Part shown: positions 8,338 through 17,542 of the stretch, one piece after another
How the letters are laid out: every line of letters begins with the position of its first letter
Numbering within the stretch: the stretch's first letter is position 1
Assembly: GCA_046861645.1 (NCBI GenBank)
Contig: JBHHUM010000020.1
Coordinates: 1 to 34,274, forward strand
Direction of reading: 5' to 3'
Origin: Fidelibacterota bacterium
GTDB lineage: Bacteria; Fidelibacterota; Marinisomatia; Marinisomatales; UBA2128
Length of the DNA: 34,274 nt
Program-made: the position numbers and the translations under genes
The notes under the pieces: model-generated
What the model saw: the letters and a program-made list of their open reading frames with translations, nothing else
Databases searched by the model: none
Told to the model about the DNA's origin: nothing

Positions 8338-8377
8338 AAAATACAGCAATTATATCTCCGTGTCAAGCTTTTTGCAA
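8338..8377 (-). promoter_or_regulatory. Two overlapping sigma70 promoters
   Basis: TTGCAA(8377-8372)-N17-TATAAT(8354-8349) and TTGACA(8366-8361)-N17-TATTTT(8343-8338). Confidence 0.7.
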
Positions 8378-8628
8378 AAATTCTTCTTAAGTAGAACTTT
8401 AGCTTATTTCAAACCTTAAATAAAGATTTTTTCCGATTTTTTATTTTCTTCAAAGTGAGAGTATTTTTTGAAATAACTTATATAATCTATTTCTTTAAAT
8501 ATTTAATCTATCATCATTATTACACAGATATATATTCTATTATAGAAAGTCTTTAACATGATAAAATCCAAAAATCTTAAAGCATAATTATTCGTTAGAT
8601 CTAAGATAATTATATTAGCGATAATGTG

Positions 8629-8711
8629 TACCGGGAGAGGGACTCGAACCCTCACAGCCAAAGGCCATTGGTTTTTGAGACCAACGCGTCTACCAGTTCC
8701 GCCATCCCGGC
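8629..8711 (-). tRNA. tRNA-Leu(CAA)
   Basis: Reverse complement GCCGGGATGGCGGAACTGGTAGACGCG TTGGT CTCAAAA ACCAA TGGCCTTTGGCTGT GAGGG TTCGAGT CCCTC TCCCGGTA. Long variable arm; CCA is not encoded. Confidence 0.97.
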
Positions 8712-8832
8712 AATTGTTAAATTTAGTAGTAAAAACAATAAAAAAGTTAAGTGAAATAAGACCAATATCAATATATTTTGCTAATGTTTAGGAATCGTAA
8801 TTATCGTATTCACCTTGTTCCAGGGGTATAGA

Positions 8833-9822
8833 TTGAGAATACAAATACTCGGTGCTGGTTCATGGGGAGCGGCGATGGCTGCTCATCTTTTTCGCTGTAA
8901 ACATGATATCTTCATCTGGCATCGTAACCAAGAAGAACTGGAGGTGATGGAAAAGGATCACAGCCACCCCTTTCTTGCCCAGCTAATTATGCCTACAGCT
9001 ATCTACTACTCATCTGTAGTAACGGATCTTTTTGATAAAGATATTATTGTTGTAGCTGTCCCTTCCCATGCAGTACGAACTGTAGTATCGAAGTTTGATG
9101 ATTGGCGAGAAAATCATGTTATCGTCAACCTTGCTAAAGGCATTGAAAATGTAACCCTTCAACGTATGAGCGAAGTAATACATGAAGTAACGGAGGTTTC
9201 TCTCAAAAATATAGTAACAATATCAGGCCCCAGTCATGCTGAAGAAGTGGTTGAAGAATTACCTACAGCAGTAGTTGCGGGCTGTATTGATACCCTAACT
9301 GCTAAGTTAGTTCAAGATATTTTTTCTACTGAAACTTTTCGAGTTTATACAAATCAAGACATAGTTGGTGTGGAATTGGGAGGGGCAATAAAAAATGTAA
9401 TCGCTTTGGCTTCTGGTGTCTGTGATGGTATCGGCTTTGGTGACAATACCAAAGCGGCACTAATCACACGAGGTATTGCGGAGATTTCCCGGTTGGGTGT
9501 AGCCATGGGGGCTCAACAGGAAACATTTGCAGGTTTAAGCGGAATAGGTGACTTGGTTGCCACGTGCCTGAGTCAACATAGTAGGAACCGCCGTGTAGGC
9601 CAACAGATTGCTGAGGGCATGAAATTAAATGAAGTAGTTTCTGGGATGAAAATGGTAGCTGAAGGTGTCAAAACAACAGTATCTGTGCGTGCCCTCTCGG
9701 AAAAATTGGGTGTAGAAATGCCCATATGTAATTCAGTTTATGATGTCTTATTTGGTGGTAAAGATCCCAGGAATTCAGTAAACGAACTGATGAATCGTGA
9801 GTTAACTGCTGAAATCCAATAA
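8833..9822 (+). CDS. gpsA: NAD(P)H-dependent glycerol-3-phosphate dehydrogenase
   Basis: GAGSWG, AKGIE, SGPSHAEEV, GGAIKNVIA, GLSGIGDLVATC.S.HSRN and VAEG. Probable TTG start at 8833; the ORF is open from 8815. Confidence 0.97.
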   Translation: MRIQILGAGSWGAAMAAHLFRCKHDIFIWHRNQEELEVMEKDHSHPFLAQLIMPTAIYYSSVVTDLFDKDIIVVAVPSHAVRTVVSKFDDWRENHVIVNLAKGIENVTLQRMSEVIHEVTEVSLKNIVTISGPSHAEEVVEELPTAVVAGCIDTLTAKLVQDIFSTETFRVYTNQDIVGVELGGAIKNVIALASGVCDGIGFGDNTKAALITRGIAEISRLGVAMGAQQETFAGLSGIGDLVATCLSQHSRNRRVGQQIAEGMKLNEVVSGMKMVAEGVKTTVSVRALSEKLGVEMPICNSVYDVLFGGKDPRNSVNELMNRELTAEIQ

Positions 9823-9921
9823 AGTACAGAAATCATTTATATTCTAAACGAAAAGGAGTTCATGCTGAACATGATCTTATATTATATTCAGTGGCTTATT
9901 TCAATAAATTTCTTGAAGGAA

Positions 9922-9996
9922 GCCCCCATAGCTCAGATTGGATAGAGCAAACGCCTCCTAAGCGTTAGGTCACAGGTTCGAATCCTGTTGGGGGTA
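9922..9996 (+). tRNA. tRNA-Arg(CCT)
   Basis: GCCCCCA TA GCTC AGATTGGATA GAGC A AACGC CTCCTAA GCGTT AGGTC ACAGG TTCGAAT CCTGT TGGGGGT A forms a full cloverleaf. Confidence 0.97.
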
Positions 9997-10037
9997 CTGA
10001 CAAAATAAATAGGATAAAAGGATAACCCACAGTGCTG

Positions 10038-10074
10038 GACCGTCTGGGTAAGACAGAAGGATGGTCGGTTTTTT
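10038..10074 (+). terminator. Possible terminator after tRNA-Arg
   Basis: GACCGTC...GATGGTC stem (one G-U pair, 15-nt loop), followed by GG and T6. Confidence 0.4.
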
Positions 10075-10099
10075 GACTGGGTAGTTAGCATAAGTCAAA

Positions 10100-10153
10100 A
10101 GAGCAAGCGCCTCCTAAGCGCTAGATTACCTGTTCGAATCGAGTCCGGGGTAC
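10100..10153 (+). pseudogene. 5'-truncated tRNA-Arg(CCT) fragment
   Basis: AGAGCA AGCGC CTCCTAA GCGCT AGATT ACCTG TTCGAAT CGAGT CCGGGGTAC. The anticodon arm, T-loop and 3' acceptor strand are present; the 5' acceptor strand and 5' D-arm are absent. Confidence 0.8.
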
Positions 10154-10163
10154 AGGATTAACC

Positions 10164-10835
10164 ATGTTAAAACCTAAAAAGAAAATTACTAGAAAAGAGA
10201 TTCGTCATGATCCACTACTTGAGATATTATACTCAACCAGGGAATTATATAATCAGAATAAAAATCGAATCTTGTTATTTACATTAATCCTGGTAGGAAT
10301 AGTTTCTGTTATTTTGATAATCAACAGAAAGAACATTTCTAAAAGGGTTGAATCCAATGCCATGCTGGCTAGAGCAGTTTCTCGTATGGGAACAGATGTA
10401 GATCAAGCTCTCGCTGAGTTTGATATACTTCTCAAAACTTTCCCTGAATCAGAAGCCAGTACGACTGCTCACTTCTACTTGGGGCGCATATATAATTCCA
10501 TTGACAGTTTAGATGTTGCTGAATTCAATTTTAGAACATATCTGGAACTTGCACCTGATGGACCTCTAACTACAGCAACTTTGAGTTATTTGGGAAGCTT
10601 AGCTCTTCAAAAAGGTGATCCATCTTTGGCAGGAGATTTTTTCGAACAGGCAGGTAGAGAATCACTTACTGAATACGTTGCAGGGACGAATCTGTTGAAT
10701 GGCGCTGAAGCATTTATAACTGCTGAGGAATATGATCGGGCAAAGGAACTCATACTAGCTATTCCCAATAGTACCCTCTTTAAAGAGAAAGTAGAGTTTC
10801 TAAAAACTAAAATTTCTCTTCTTTCAAACTCTTAA
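10164..10835 (+). CDS. Membrane-anchored tetratricopeptide repeat protein (YfgM-like)
   Basis: Basic N-terminus KKITRKEIRHD, one TM, and TPR-like helices (AHFYLGRIY, YLGSLALQKGD). Confidence 0.8.
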   Translation: MLKPKKKITRKEIRHDPLLEILYSTRELYNQNKNRILLFTLILVGIVSVILIINRKNISKRVESNAMLARAVSRMGTDVDQALAEFDILLKTFPESEASTTAHFYLGRIYNSIDSLDVAEFNFRTYLELAPDGPLTTATLSYLGSLALQKGDPSLAGDFFEQAGRESLTEYVAGTNLLNGAEAFITAEEYDRAKELILAIPNSTLFKEKVEFLKTKISLLSNS

Positions 10836-10858
10836 TAATCCCAATCTAATACCTGCAA

Positions 10859-10885
10859 AAATAGCGTATGAAAAGTACGCTATTT
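10859..10885 (+). terminator. Hairpin downstream of the TPR gene, possibly a bidirectional terminator
   Basis: AAATAGCGTA-tgaaaag-TACGCTATTT, a perfect 10-bp stem. Confidence 0.55.
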
Positions 10886-10888
10886 ATC

Positions 10889-10917
10889 TTGCTACTCTTC
10901 GGTAGAACAGGTAAATT
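10889..10917 (+). promoter_or_regulatory. Promoter of the rimP-nusA-infB operon
   Basis: TTGCTA(10889-10894)-N17-TAAATT(10912-10917). Confidence 0.6.
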
Positions 10918-10926
10918 CTTCTCTGT

Positions 10927-10951
10927 AAGGTGGGTCGAAACCCACCTTTTT
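10927..10951 (+). promoter_or_regulatory. rimP leader: terminator/attenuator hairpin
   Basis: AAGGTGGGT-cgaa-ACCCACCTT followed by TTT, between the promoter and the rimP start. Confidence 0.7.
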
Positions 10952-10980
10952 GGTAACTTGAGTTCTTTGAAAGGGCAAGA

Positions 10981-11415
10981 ATGGAATTGAAAGCTGAATT
11001 GGAGAAATTGGCTGATCAATGTGGAGTGATCCTTCTCAGTTCAAGCATTTCAAAAGAAGGTGAACCTCCATTTGTAAGACTGATAGTCGATACTGAAACC
11101 GGTGTGACACTAGATGAAATCGTCCAAATACATAAGAAACTAAAGCAATTGGAAATTTTTTCTCAATACTTTCCTAATGGTTTTAGATCTGAAGTGACAT
11201 CTCCAGGTTTTGATTATCCTCTTACTCATGGATTTCAATTTAGCCGCAATCTTAAGAGACGAATGCAACTTAGTCCCAAAAATGAAGAGGTTAATTCCAA
11301 AGTTGTCGGTGTACTTGAAGAATTTGACGGTGTTACACTTCGAATGTCAACAGATAAGGGAGAAATCTTTTTTCCGTTCGATGCCCTGAAAGAAGGCAAA
11401 CTGGTTTTCGAATAA
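10981..11415 (+). CDS. rimP: Ribosome maturation factor RimP
   Basis: VRLIVD..GVTLDE and EVTSPG.D.PL; position directly before nusA. Confidence 0.9.
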   Translation: MELKAELEKLADQCGVILLSSSISKEGEPPFVRLIVDTETGVTLDEIVQIHKKLKQLEIFSQYFPNGFRSEVTSPGFDYPLTHGFQFSRNLKRRMQLSPKNEEVNSKVVGVLEEFDGVTLRMSTDKGEIFFPFDALKEGKLVFE

Positions 11416-11447
11416 ACTCAGGAATTATTAATCTGCAGGAGGAAGGG

Positions 11448-12800
11448 TTGAACAATCAGGAACTCATACAATGCTTCTCTGATATTGCAAAAGAGAAGAA
11501 TATTGATCGAACTGAGCTTGGTACAATTCTCGAAGAACTGTTTATGACACTTCTTGAGAAACAATATGGAGATGCATCCAATTGTTCAGTACTGGTGAAC
11601 ATTGACAAGGGTGAAATCGAGATATATCAAGAAAAAACTATCGTCGATGAGATCAATGATCCTGCTACAGAGATTGATCTCGAAAAAGCCCGGGAAGTGG
11701 AACCTGATCTATCAGTGGGTGATCCATTTATAGAAGTAATTGATCCTATAGTTTTTGGTCGTCGTCTGATTATGACAGCCCGACAGTTTCTGTCACAGAA
11801 AATCAAAGATGTGGAGCGTCAGTATATTTTTGAAGATTACTTTACTCGCGTAGGTGAGATTGTGGTGGGAGAAGTTCGCCAGATTCAGCGGGATAATATT
11901 CATCTGTTTAATGAGCAGAGTGAAATGCGACTACCTAAAAGCGAACAGATACCTTCAGAAAGACCTCATCGCGGAGAAACCATCCGGGCGGTAGTAAAAT
12001 CTGTGGAAATGACACCTCGTGGACCTGATATCGTTGTTTCTCGATCGGATAATAAATTCCTAGAAAAATTATTTGAAATGGAAGTTCCAGAAATAGAGGA
12101 CGGCATCATAGATATTGTTTCTATCGCAAGATCTCCTGGTGAAAGGTCTAAATTGATAGTTAAGTCAACGGATAGACGTATAGATGCAGTAGGAGCCTGT
12201 GTAGGTATGCGAGGCAGTAGAATCCAAGCGGTAGTCCGTGAGCTGAATGGAGAGAAAATCGATGTAATTAATTATAGTAGTCAATCTGAGGTCCTGATCT
12301 CACGAGCTCTTTCTCCGGTAAAACCGATAAATCTTCATATAGATGATGAAAGGAAATATTGCGTAGCTGTTTTCGATGATGAAGAGATGGATTCTGGGGT
12401 AGGCAAAAGTTACTTGAATGTCACGCTTGCTAGCGAAGTAACCGGTTACACCATTGAAGCCGAAAGAAGTTCTGTAGTTGAAGAATCAACAGATGCAGGT
12501 ATTTCACTTAAGGAAATTGATAGTCTTACTGAACGGATGATCGCGCTTCTAGGTGAAGCTGGAATTAAAACGATTAATGACTTTCAAGATGCTAATCCTG
12601 ATGATTTACTGAATGTAAAAGGTATTGGTAAGCAGTTTATTAATTCAGTTAAGTTAAAAATAGATAGTTTCCTGGAATCATCAAGTCAGGTTCAGTCAGA
12701 TGATGAACCCGATATAGTTGCGCCCACACTGGAAGAAAGAGCCAAATTAAAAACTGATTCTATTTTGGAGAATGCAGAGAAAATGGAGGTGGAAGCTTAA
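11448..12800 (+). CDS. nusA: Transcription termination/antitermination factor NusA
   Basis: TTG start after AGGAGG. FGR..ARQ, S1 domain, LFEMEVPEI, ARSPGERSK, GACVGMRGSRIQ, and a C-terminal HhH. Confidence 0.98.
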   Translation: MNNQELIQCFSDIAKEKNIDRTELGTILEELFMTLLEKQYGDASNCSVLVNIDKGEIEIYQEKTIVDEINDPATEIDLEKAREVEPDLSVGDPFIEVIDPIVFGRRLIMTARQFLSQKIKDVERQYIFEDYFTRVGEIVVGEVRQIQRDNIHLFNEQSEMRLPKSEQIPSERPHRGETIRAVVKSVEMTPRGPDIVVSRSDNKFLEKLFEMEVPEIEDGIIDIVSIARSPGERSKLIVKSTDRRIDAVGACVGMRGSRIQAVVRELNGEKIDVINYSSQSEVLISRALSPVKPINLHIDDERKYCVAVFDDEEMDSGVGKSYLNVTLASEVTGYTIEAERSSVVEESTDAGISLKEIDSLTERMIALLGEAGIKTINDFQDANPDDLLNVKGIGKQFINSVKLKIDSFLESSSQVQSDDEPDIVAPTLEERAKLKTDSILENAEKMEVEA

Positions 12801-12802
12801 TA

Positions 12803-15241
12803 GTGGTAGATTTGGCAACCGGGAAACGCATCGTCCATATAGCGAAGGAATTTAACATTTCGCATAAGGATATTATAGATCTTCTGAAGAAACATGGAAT
12901 AGAAGTCAAAAGTCATATGAGCCTTATTGACGAGGATGCCTATCAATTAATTCTCGAAGAGTTTGAACAGGATCGTCTTAGTGTAGAGCGATACCGTAAG
13001 GAACAGGTACGGAAAGAAATACATACTCGCAAACTAGAAGAAAAAATTCAAGCTTCTCAGGCTTTTGAAATCATGATGCCTAAAGAGCAAAGAAAACTTG
13101 AAGAAAAAGAAAAGGCAGAAAAGGAAGAAAAAGAGAAGAAAAGAGAAGAATTAGAAAAACTCCAAGATCAGGAAGCTAAAAAGCCTACTCCTAAAGTTGA
13201 GGAAGTTAAAAAGGAAGAGGTTGTTGAATCAGAGAAGATTATTCCTGAGCGGGAAAAGATGCAGTTCAGAACAATAGATGTTGCAGAAATTCAAGCTAAA
13301 ATTGAGACTCCAAGGCGACGTGTGCTGAAGAAGAAAGCACCTGAAACCGAAGAAGAAAAAGCGAAACATGCCTCAATAGAATCTACTATCAAAAAGACTC
13401 TGGCACAGGTCGAGACAAAATCCAAACGCAAAAAATATAAAAAGTTAAAAGAAGATGAAGAGGAGTTAGTAGAAGTTGAGAAACAACAAGTTAAATTAAC
13501 TGAATTCATGACAGTTCAGGAATTGGCCAGAGTACTGGACATTTCTCCTCCAGAAATTATTTCTAAATGCTTCGAATTAGGTATCCCCGCTACCATGAAT
13601 CAGCGTTTAAATTTTGATACTATAAGTCTCATTACGGAAGATGCAGGATTAGAGGCTGTTTTGGTAGATGAATCATCAGATACACTTTTTTCTTTTGAAG
13701 ATACTGAGGAAGATTTGAATAAGGCTCTTCCTCGTGCCCCGGTCGTAACGATTATGGGACATGTTGATCATGGTAAGACATCGCTTTTGGATTACATCCG
13801 TAAGACTAATGTTGTAGCCGGAGAATCTGGAGGAATCACACAACACATTGGTGCCTATGAAGTGATTTTGGACAACGGAAAGAAGGTTACATTTTTAGAC
13901 ACACCTGGACATGAAGCTTTCACAGCTATGCGAGCTCGGGGAGCGCAGATTACGGATGTAGTCATTCTCATTGTAGCTGCCAATGATGGAGTGAAACCCC
14001 AGACTATAGAGGCGATCAATCATGCCAAATCCGCTGAAGTACCACTCGTAGTAGCAATTAATAAGATCGACTTACCTGAGGCGAATCCTGACCGTGTAAA
14101 ATCCGCTTTATCAGAGAATGGTGTCGTCGTTGAAGATTGGGGTGGTAATGTTCAATGTATGCTTATTTCCGCGAAAACGGGTGAAGGTGTAGATGAACTT
14201 CTCGAGTTGTTAGCCCTCGAGACGGATATCCTTGAATTGAAAGCTAATCCAGATACATTAGCTAAAGGTACCGTGATTGAATCTCGACTGGATAAGGGTC
14301 ATGGAGCTGTGGCAACGTTATTGGTTCGCAAAGGTACTTTAAAAGTAGGTGACCCATTTCTTTGTGGGAATTCTTTTGGTAAAGTACGAGCTCTAATGAA
14401 CGAAAGAAATATTCGTATCACTCAGGCTGGACCCTCTGATCCTGTCCAGGTTTTGGGATTTGAAACACCTCCTCAGGCTGGAGATCGCTTTGCAGTAGTT
14501 CAGGATGAAAAGGAAGCACGGCATTTATCTGCTGAAAAACAGCGTATTCAGCGTGAAATCGATAGCCAGATGATTCGGGCCATGACCCTTGATAGACTTT
14601 CTCAGGAAATCCGGGAAGGGTTAGTCAGTTCTTTACCTTTAATAATCAAAGCAGATGTAGATGGATCCATCGAAGCGTTGGTAGAAGCTTTCAGAAACAT
14701 TCCCAGTGATGAGGTGGGTGTCGATGTGGTCCATACTGGTGTGGGCAATATTACCGAATCTGATGTCTTATTAGCCCAAGCATCTGGCGCCATAGTGATC
14801 GGATTTAATGTTACCACCCATTCCAATGCTAATTTACTTGCTAAAAATTCGGGTATCGATATACGTAGTTATTCAGTCATATATGATGCTGTCAATGAAA
14901 TCAAACTTGCGCTGGAAGGTTTATTAGAACCCGAAATCGTAGAAACGCCACTTGGTAAGGCCGAAGTATTACGAGTGTTCAAAATATCCAGTCTGGGATC
15001 TATTGCCGGATGTAAGGTTGTGGAAGGTACAATTTCTAAAAATGATTTAGCGCGTTTATTTAGAGATGGTGAAATGATCCAAGAAGGATCTATTTCATCG
15101 CTAAAACATTTCCAGGATGAAGTAAAATCTATTGAGGAAGGTAAGGAGTGTGGTATCGGTATTGAAGGTGTAAAAACTTTTAAAGAAGGTGATTTTATTG
15201 AAACCTACAGTAAAAAAGAAGTAAAGCGTACGCTCGACTAA
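12803..15241 (+). CDS. infB: Translation initiation factor IF-2
   Basis: [41 protein letters not shown] and GKECGI. Confidence 0.99.
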   Translation: MVDLATGKRIVHIAKEFNISHKDIIDLLKKHGIEVKSHMSLIDEDAYQLILEEFEQDRLSVERYRKEQVRKEIHTRKLEEKIQASQAFEIMMPKEQRKLEEKEKAEKEEKEKKREELEKLQDQEAKKPTPKVEEVKKEEVVESEKIIPEREKMQFRTIDVAEIQAKIETPRRRVLKKKAPETEEEKAKHASIESTIKKTLAQVETKSKRKKYKKLKEDEEELVEVEKQQVKLTEFMTVQELARVLDISPPEIISKCFELGIPATMNQRLNFDTISLITEDAGLEAVLVDESSDTLFSFEDTEEDLNKALPRAPVVTIMGHVDHGKTSLLDYIRKTNVVAGESGGITQHIGAYEVILDNGKKVTFLDTPGHEAFTAMRARGAQITDVVILIVAANDGVKPQTIEAINHAKSAEVPLVVAINKIDLPEANPDRVKSALSENGVVVEDWGGNVQCMLISAKTGEGVDELLELLALETDILELKANPDTLAKGTVIESRLDKGHGAVATLLVRKGTLKVGDPFLCGNSFGKVRALMNERNIRITQAGPSDPVQVLGFETPPQAGDRFAVVQDEKEARHLSAEKQRIQREIDSQMIRAMTLDRLSQEIREGLVSSLPLIIKADVDGSIEALVEAFRNIPSDEVGVDVVHTGVGNITESDVLLAQASGAIVIGFNVTTHSNANLLAKNSGIDIRSYSVIYDAVNEIKLALEGLLEPEIVETPLGKAEVLRVFKISSLGSIAGCKVVEGTISKNDLARLFRDGEMIQEGSISSLKHFQDEVKSIEEGKECGIGIEGVKTFKEGDFIETYSKKEVKRTLD

Positions 15242-15289
15242 GGATTGCCTGACATCTATCATTCATCAGTAGCAAACTCATCAAGCACG

Positions 15290-15658
15290 ATGCCCCACAG
15301 ACCCTATAGTAGGAAAGAGAGATTTGGACATGAAGTTCAAAGAATTCTCGGTGATTTAATTCTAAAAGAAATTGATACTTCAGATGTGGGATTTGTTACT
15401 ATTACTGGGGTTAAGATGACAAATGATCTTCGTTTAGCTCGGGTATATATCAGCATTCTTAACCGAAAAATTCCTGAGAAAAGTGTTGAAAAATTTTTCT
15501 TGGAGCGCAGCAAATATTTGAGAAAAATGCTTGGTAGTAAAATTTCTGCTAAGTCAGTTCCAGAACTGAAGTTTTTTTATGATGAATCATTTGAAGAAGT
15601 TGAGAAAATAGAACGACTGTTATCTGAAGCTCTCTCCCAAAAGAAGAAATTAATTTGA
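15290..15658 (+). CDS. rbfA: Ribosome-binding factor A
   Basis: R.ER...E, VTITGVKMTNDL..ARVY and VPELKFFYDES. Probable ATG at 15290; the ORF is open from 15245. Confidence 0.95.
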   Translation: MPHRPYSRKERFGHEVQRILGDLILKEIDTSDVGFVTITGVKMTNDLRLARVYISILNRKIPEKSVEKFFLERSKYLRKMLGSKISAKSVPELKFFYDESFEEVEKIERLLSEALSQKKKLI

Positions 15659-16311
15659 TTATAGCAGTTAATAAGCCATCAGGGCCTACATCGTTTGACA
15701 TAGTCCAAATGGTGCGATCGGTTACTGGTGAAAAGAAAGTGGGACATGCCGGTACGCTTGACCCTTTTGCAGAGGGTGTACTTGTTCTCGGGATTGGCCG
15801 GGTATCCACAAGACAGTTAGGAAGAATATCCGGTACTGATAAGGATTACCTTGCTACGTTACGTCTTGGAACAGCAACCAGTACGGGGGATGTTGAGGGA
15901 TTAATTACTGAGGAAGCGCCAGTACCACATTTGACTCATGATAAAATCAAAACCATATTGAGAATGTTTACTGGAAAGCAAAAACAGATTCCGCCGATGT
16001 TCTCGGCAAAAAAGGTAAAGGGAACTCGTTTATATAAATTAGCTCGTCAAAATCTGGAAGTCCAGCGTGCACCTGTTGAAATTGTAATCTACAAATTAAA
16101 ATTACTGGATTATGCAAATGATGAGATTACTTTCTCTCTAACTTGCTCGAAAGGTACATATATCAGACAATTAGGTATGGATATTGCCAAGGCGCTTGGT
16201 ACCATGGGACATCTTACTACTTTGGTAAGGACCAGGGTAGGTGATTATACTCTTGATAATGCGATTCCATTAGTGGATATTGATAAGTTATGCTCATTTA
16301 CCGAAGCTTAA
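15655..16311 (+). CDS. truB: tRNA pseudouridine(55) synthase TruB (short form)
   Basis: NKPSGPTS, KVGHAGTLDP, QIPPMFSA and CSKGTYIR. Confidence 0.97.
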   Translation: MIIAVNKPSGPTSFDIVQMVRSVTGEKKVGHAGTLDPFAEGVLVLGIGRVSTRQLGRISGTDKDYLATLRLGTATSTGDVEGLITEEAPVPHLTHDKIKTILRMFTGKQKQIPPMFSAKKVKGTRLYKLARQNLEVQRAPVEIVIYKLKLLDYANDEITFSLTCSKGTYIRQLGMDIAKALGTMGHLTTLVRTRVGDYTLDNAIPLVDIDKLCSFTEA

Positions 16312-17240
16312 AGGAAATCGTGTCAGTCACTAATACGGTGCTAACAATTGGATCTTTTGATGGTTTCCACAGGGGACACCAGGAGATTATTGGTAAAGTT
16401 ATCAATACGGCAAAAGCACTGGGTGAAAAATCAGTAGTCATCACCTTTGATCCTCATCCTAAGCAAGTTCTTCATAATACTGCAAAAAGATTCGAGATTC
16501 TTATTAGCCAGCACAAAAAGGAGAAATTACTGGAAAACTTAGGTGTTGATATTACGGTTGTACTTCCTTTTGATAAGGAATTTTCAAGAAACAGTGCTGT
16601 CGCATTTGTGGATGAAGTGCTTTGGCACTATTTTTCTCCACAGAAAATTGTAATTGGATACGACCATCATTTCGGTTATCAGAGAATGGGTGGTGGACAT
16701 TTACTGCAAGAACTGTCTGAAGAGTATGGTTTTACAGTAGAAATCGTTGAACCTGTCAAAGATCAAGATGAAATATTAAGCAGTACCAGGGTTCGCCAAT
16801 TGATTGCTTCTGGCCATGTACAACGAGCTTCGTTTGAATTAGGCTGGGTTTTTGGATTTGATGCCAAAGTAGTTCATGGAGCCGGAAGAGGTCGGTCCTT
16901 AAAATTTCCGACTGCTAATTTTGTCCCTGTAATTGATAATCAATTAGTCCCAGGTGGTGGAGTATATTTTGCTCGCGGTTTGATCGATGAAGATTGTATT
17001 TATGGAATGTGCAATTTAGGATATCGACCTACATTCGGTGAGGAACAATTTGTCATGGAGATTCATTTCTTCGATAGTGACAAAACTAAGGATCTGTATA
17101 ATAAAATTATTGAAATCCAATTTCTGGAGCGTATTCGTGATGAAAAGAAATTCGATAATCCTGAGGATCTCATACAACAATTAGAACAGGACAGGGAATA
17201 TTGTTATTCCCGTATGAACGTTTATAGGGAGGAGAAATAA
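16290..17240 (+). CDS. ribF: Bifunctional riboflavin kinase/FAD synthetase
   Basis: TIGSFDGFHRGHQ, TFDPHP, SSTRVR, GRGR..FPTAN and IRDEKKF. Confidence 0.97.
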   Translation: MLIYRSLKEIVSVTNTVLTIGSFDGFHRGHQEIIGKVINTAKALGEKSVVITFDPHPKQVLHNTAKRFEILISQHKKEKLLENLGVDITVVLPFDKEFSRNSAVAFVDEVLWHYFSPQKIVIGYDHHFGYQRMGGGHLLQELSEEYGFTVEIVEPVKDQDEILSSTRVRQLIASGHVQRASFELGWVFGFDAKVVHGAGRGRSLKFPTANFVPVIDNQLVPGGGVYFARGLIDEDCIYGMCNLGYRPTFGEEQFVMEIHFFDSDKTKDLYNKIIEIQFLERIRDEKKFDNPEDLIQQLEQDREYCYSRMNVYREEK

Positions 17241-17509
17241 TGCCATTAACAAGACAAACAAAAAGTGAGATTATCTCAAAATATGGCAAAAATGAAAAAG
17301 ATAGTGGTTCTCTTGAAGCTCAAATAGCCTTACTAACCCAAAGGATTAGAGGCTTACAAGATCATTTTAAAACACATAAGAAAGACCATCATTCCAGACG
17401 AGGACTGATAAAGATGGTCAGTAATAGACGTAAGCTCGTCAAACATTTACAGAAAACCAATTATGACAGTTACAAAAAGTTAATTGATGAGCTTGGTATT
17501 CGAAGATAA
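17240..17509 (+). CDS. rpsO: 30S ribosomal protein S15
   Basis: DSGSLEAQIALLT and HKKDHHSRRGL; 89 aa. Confidence 0.99.
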   Translation: MPLTRQTKSEIISKYGKNEKDSGSLEAQIALLTQRIRGLQDHFKTHKKDHHSRRGLIKMVSNRRKLVKHLQKTNYDSYKKLIDELGIRR

Positions 17510-17542
17510 GAAAAAGATAATCGAAAGGTGAAAAGATAAATA

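Noticed and set aside
8157..8366. 69-aa minus-strand ORF spanning the candidate sRNA
   Set aside because: Its TTG start is the -35 box (TTGACA) itself, upstream of the predicted TSS. It has no SD and overlaps DUF309 antisense.
8380..8625. Very AT-rich stretch at the tRNA-Leu 3' end, as a possible oriC or integrated island
   Set aside because: No DnaA-box cluster, integrase, tRNA-Leu 3' repeat or ORF is visible.
13080..13230. Purine-rich GAA/AAA low-complexity tract
   Set aside because: It encodes the normal E/K-rich linker of IF-2 and is not a repeat element.
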